DNA from: Candidatus Fervidifonticultor sextus
Lineage (GTDB): Bacteria > Sysuimicrobiota > Sysuimicrobiia > Sysuimicrobiales > Humicultoraceae
Assembly (NCBI GenBank): GCA_031459875.1
Contig: JAVKHQ010000032.1
Coordinates: 1-29,960, forward strand
Direction: 5' to 3'
Length of the DNA: 29,960 nucleotides
Shown here: piece after piece, positions 27,970-29,960 of the stretch
Numbering within the stretch: the first letter of the stretch is position 1
Layout: each line of letters opens with the position of its first letter
Notes under the pieces: model-generated
Databases searched by the model: none
Told to the model about the DNA's origin: nothing
What the model saw: the letters and a program-made list of their open reading frames with translations, nothing else
Program-made: the position numbers and the translations under genes

Positions 27970-28413
27970 CTATGTGCGGGCGCGGACCTCGCGCTCCAGG
28001 GCCTTGAAGAACTCGCCGGCCAGCTGCTTGGCCACCCCGCCGAAGAGCCGGTGGCCGACGCTCATCAGCACCCCGGTCACCTGGGCGTCGCCGGTGTAGC
28101 GCACCAGGGTCGCCTCGCCCTGCGCCTCCAGGGTCAGCACCCCGGTGGCCTTGATCGTTCCGGGCCGGCCGCTGCCTTCCACGATCAGGGTCATCGTCTG
28201 GGGCGGGGTCTTGTCGGTGATGCGGGCCGTCCCCTGGTAGGCCCCGCGCACCGGACCGACGGCCAGCTCAATGGTGGCGTCGTAGGTGTCCTGACCTGTG
28301 GGCTTGAGCGCCTTCAGGCCGGGCGTCGTCCTGGTCAGGACGTCGGGGTCGTTCAGCGCGGCCCAGACCCGGTCACGGGGCGCGGGCAGCAGGTGCTGGC
28401 CTTCGATCTTCAT
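27970..28413 (-). CDS. coxG: CoxG-family SRPBCC protein
   Basis: APRDRVWAALNDPDVL...PG, VGPVRGAYQG, VGHRLFGGVAKQLAGEFF. Confidence 0.9.
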   Translation of the reverse strand: MKIEGQHLLPAPRDRVWAALNDPDVLTRTTPGLKALKPTGQDTYDATIELAVGPVRGAYQGTARITDKTPPQTMTLIVEGSGRPGTIKATGVLTLEAQGEATLVRYTGDAQVTGVLMSVGHRLFGGVAKQLAGEFFKALEREVRART

Positions 28414-28485
28414 CCCATGCCTCCTCCATGCCTGCGGCGGAGGCCGCCAGCCGCCTGGCTCGCTGCATCCGCCGCGTCCCCTCGC

Positions 28486-28513
28486 ATTGTACCGGGCTGC
28501 AGGCGGGTGTCAA
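28486..28513 (-). promoter_or_regulatory. Near-consensus sigma70 promoter of coxG
   Basis: TTGACA-N16-TACAAT. Confidence 0.75.
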
Positions 28514-28535
28514 ACCTCCGGCGCCGCGCGGGGGT

Positions 28536-29651
28536 CTAGCGCGCGATGCGGAGGATCCGGTCGGCCCCCCCGCCGTTGCTGGTCGAGACGTAGAGCGCGC
28601 CGTCGGGGCCGACGGCCACGTCGCGCAGCCGACCAAAGGCATTCGTCAGCAGTGCCTGCGACTGCACCACGTCCCCGGTGCCGGGACCGGCCAGCCGCAA
28701 TCGGTGAAGGCTGGCGCCTCGCAGGCAGGTGAAGAGCAGGTCTCCGCGCCAGTCGGGGAACATCGGGCCGGTCACGAAGGTGGCCCCGGACGGTGCGCAT
28801 GTCTCTGGATAGAAGAGGAAGACAGGGTCCACGTAGTCCGCCGCCTCGCCGCGGCCGACGATGACCGGCCAGCCGTAGTTCCGGCCGGGCAGGATGCGGT
28901 TCACCTCGTCGTGGGACTGCGGGCCGTGCTCGGTGGCGTAGAGGACTCCGGAGGCGTCCCAGGCCAGCCCCTGCGCGTTGCGGTGGCCCAGGGTGTAGAC
29001 GAGGGAGCCGGGGTAGGGATTGTCCGCAGGGACCTGCCCCGTGCGCGTCAGGCGGATGATCTTGCCGGCCAGCGAGCCGGGGGACTGGGAGACTGACGGA
29101 TCGTTGGCATCACCGGTCCCGGCGTAGAGCATCCCGTCCGGGCCGATCTTCAGGCGGCCGCCGTTGTGCCGGTCGAGGGAGCCGGGGATGCGATCCAGGA
29201 GCACGCGGTCGCGGACGGCGGTGTGGCCCGACACGCGCAGGCGCTCGATCCGGTTCGCGGGCGCGCCGAACTCCATGTGGGTGTAGAACACGTAGAGGAA
29301 CCCGTTGGCGTCGAAGTCCGGATCCGCTACGAGCCCCAGGGCGCCGCCTTCCCCCGATGCGCAACAGGTCGGGAGGGTGATCACCGGCGCCGGGTGCAAC
29401 ACGCCGCTCGCGATGACGCGGATCTGCCCGGAATCGCGCTGGGTGAAGAACAGCCGGCCATCGGGGACAAAGGCCAGCGCCCAGGGGATGTCCAGCCCGG
29501 ACGCCAGCGTGGACACCTGGAGGCCGAGGCGGAGGAGCTCGATCCGGCTGCCGATGGGCCTCAGGCCCAGCCGCAGGCGCTCGGCCCGGCCGTACGCCAG
29601 GACGGTCAGCGCGACGAGGAGGATCGCAGCGACCGCCGCAAGACGTTGCAC
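28536..29651 (-). CDS. PQQ-dependent soluble aldose sugar dehydrogenase (YliI/Sdh family)
   Basis: PWALAFVPDG, HNGGRLKIGPDG, GHRNAQG, EHGP, NYGWP, GRLRDV. GTG 29651 has a GGAG SD; alternative start ATG 29687. Confidence 0.92.
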   Translation of the reverse strand: MQRLAAVAAILLVALTVLAYGRAERLRLGLRPIGSRIELLRLGLQVSTLASGLDIPWALAFVPDGRLFFTQRDSGQIRVIASGVLHPAPVITLPTCCASGEGGALGLVADPDFDANGFLYVFYTHMEFGAPANRIERLRVSGHTAVRDRVLLDRIPGSLDRHNGGRLKIGPDGMLYAGTGDANDPSVSQSPGSLAGKIIRLTRTGQVPADNPYPGSLVYTLGHRNAQGLAWDASGVLYATEHGPQSHDEVNRILPGRNYGWPVIVGRGEAADYVDPVFLFYPETCAPSGATFVTGPMFPDWRGDLLFTCLRGASLHRLRLAGPGTGDVVQSQALLTNAFGRLRDVAVGPDGALYVSTSNGGGADRILRIAR

Positions 29652-29794
29652 GCGGCTCCGCCCGCCGAGCCGCAGGAGGGGAAACATCTTTTCATCCTGA
29701 ATCCGGCGGCAATTGAGCTGATCTCATGACAGCTCCGGTTGGGAAACCCGCGAATGGCGCGGCTCCAGGTGCTGGAAAGAGGGATTGGGGCGTG

Positions 29795-29831
29795 TTCCCA
29801 ATAACCTTGCTAAAATCAGGGTTATTGGGAA
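29795..29831 (+). promoter_or_regulatory. Inverted repeat enclosing an extended -10 element upstream of the transposase
   Basis: TTCCCAATAACC-N13-GGTTATTGGGAA, with TGcTAAAAT (29808-29816) in the middle. Confidence 0.6.
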
Positions 29832-29861
29832 GACGGAAATTCATGCCTGTCGGAGGGTCTG

Positions 29862-29960
29862 GTGCGCCATCGCCGGGGTCCCAGGCGCATTCGAGTTGTG
29901 TTTACTGGAGACCACCTGACCCGATTTGGCGGTGTGTTTCTGCTGCATCGCTTCCTTCAG
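29862..29960 (+). CDS. Probable IS1380-family transposase (5' part; runs off window)
   Basis: GGAGG then GTG 29862 gives MRHRRGPRRIRVVFTGDHLTRFGGVFLLHRFLQ, matching the F-x4-T-x2-GG-x2-L pattern of IS1380 transposase N-termini. Confidence 0.7.
   Translation, partial: MRHRRGPRRIRVVFTGDHLTRFGGVFLLHRFLQ

Larger units (their letters stand above)
29696..29960 (+). mobile_element. Left end of a probable IS1380-family insertion sequence
   Basis: Begins CCTGAATCC, resembling IS1380-type termini; visibly lower GC; contains a transposase-like N-terminus. Confidence 0.65.

Noticed and set aside
29843..29960. ORF from ATG 29843 (MPVGGSGAPS...)
   Set aside because: No SD or motif; the GTG 29862 frame has an SD and a transposase-like pattern.
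1..29960. CRISPR arrays, tRNA or rRNA genes
   Set aside because: No spaced direct repeats or RNA gene signatures were seen; intergenic gaps are short.

Overview
High-GC bacterial chromosomal window, mostly minus-strand genes; the SLH domains and gene style suggest a Terrabacteria-type lineage, but this is inference only. 1-15022 holds a LacI-headed inositol catabolic cluster of the Thermotoga IolM-IolN-IolO type, with a sugar ABC transporter, an AfuA/FbpA-class ABC transporter, a HAD phosphatase, a secreted alkaline-phosphatase-superfamily enzyme and a partial second AfuA-class binding protein. 15195-18498 holds a glutaryl-CoA dehydrogenase-like gene, an unannotated 14-aa Lys/Ala-rich microprotein with its own expression signals, and an SLH-SPOR-phosphodiester glycosidase. 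18610-28413 holds a form I aerobic Mo-Cu CO dehydrogenase cluster (coxG, coxMSL, XdhC-YHS, internally deleted coxG, coxD, coxE, XdhC, mocA). Its most unusual feature is an IclR-type DNA-binding domain fused in frame to CoxM, directly downstream of a promoter carrying two palindromes. The window ends with a PQQ-dependent sugar dehydrogenase and the left end of a probable IS1380-family element.
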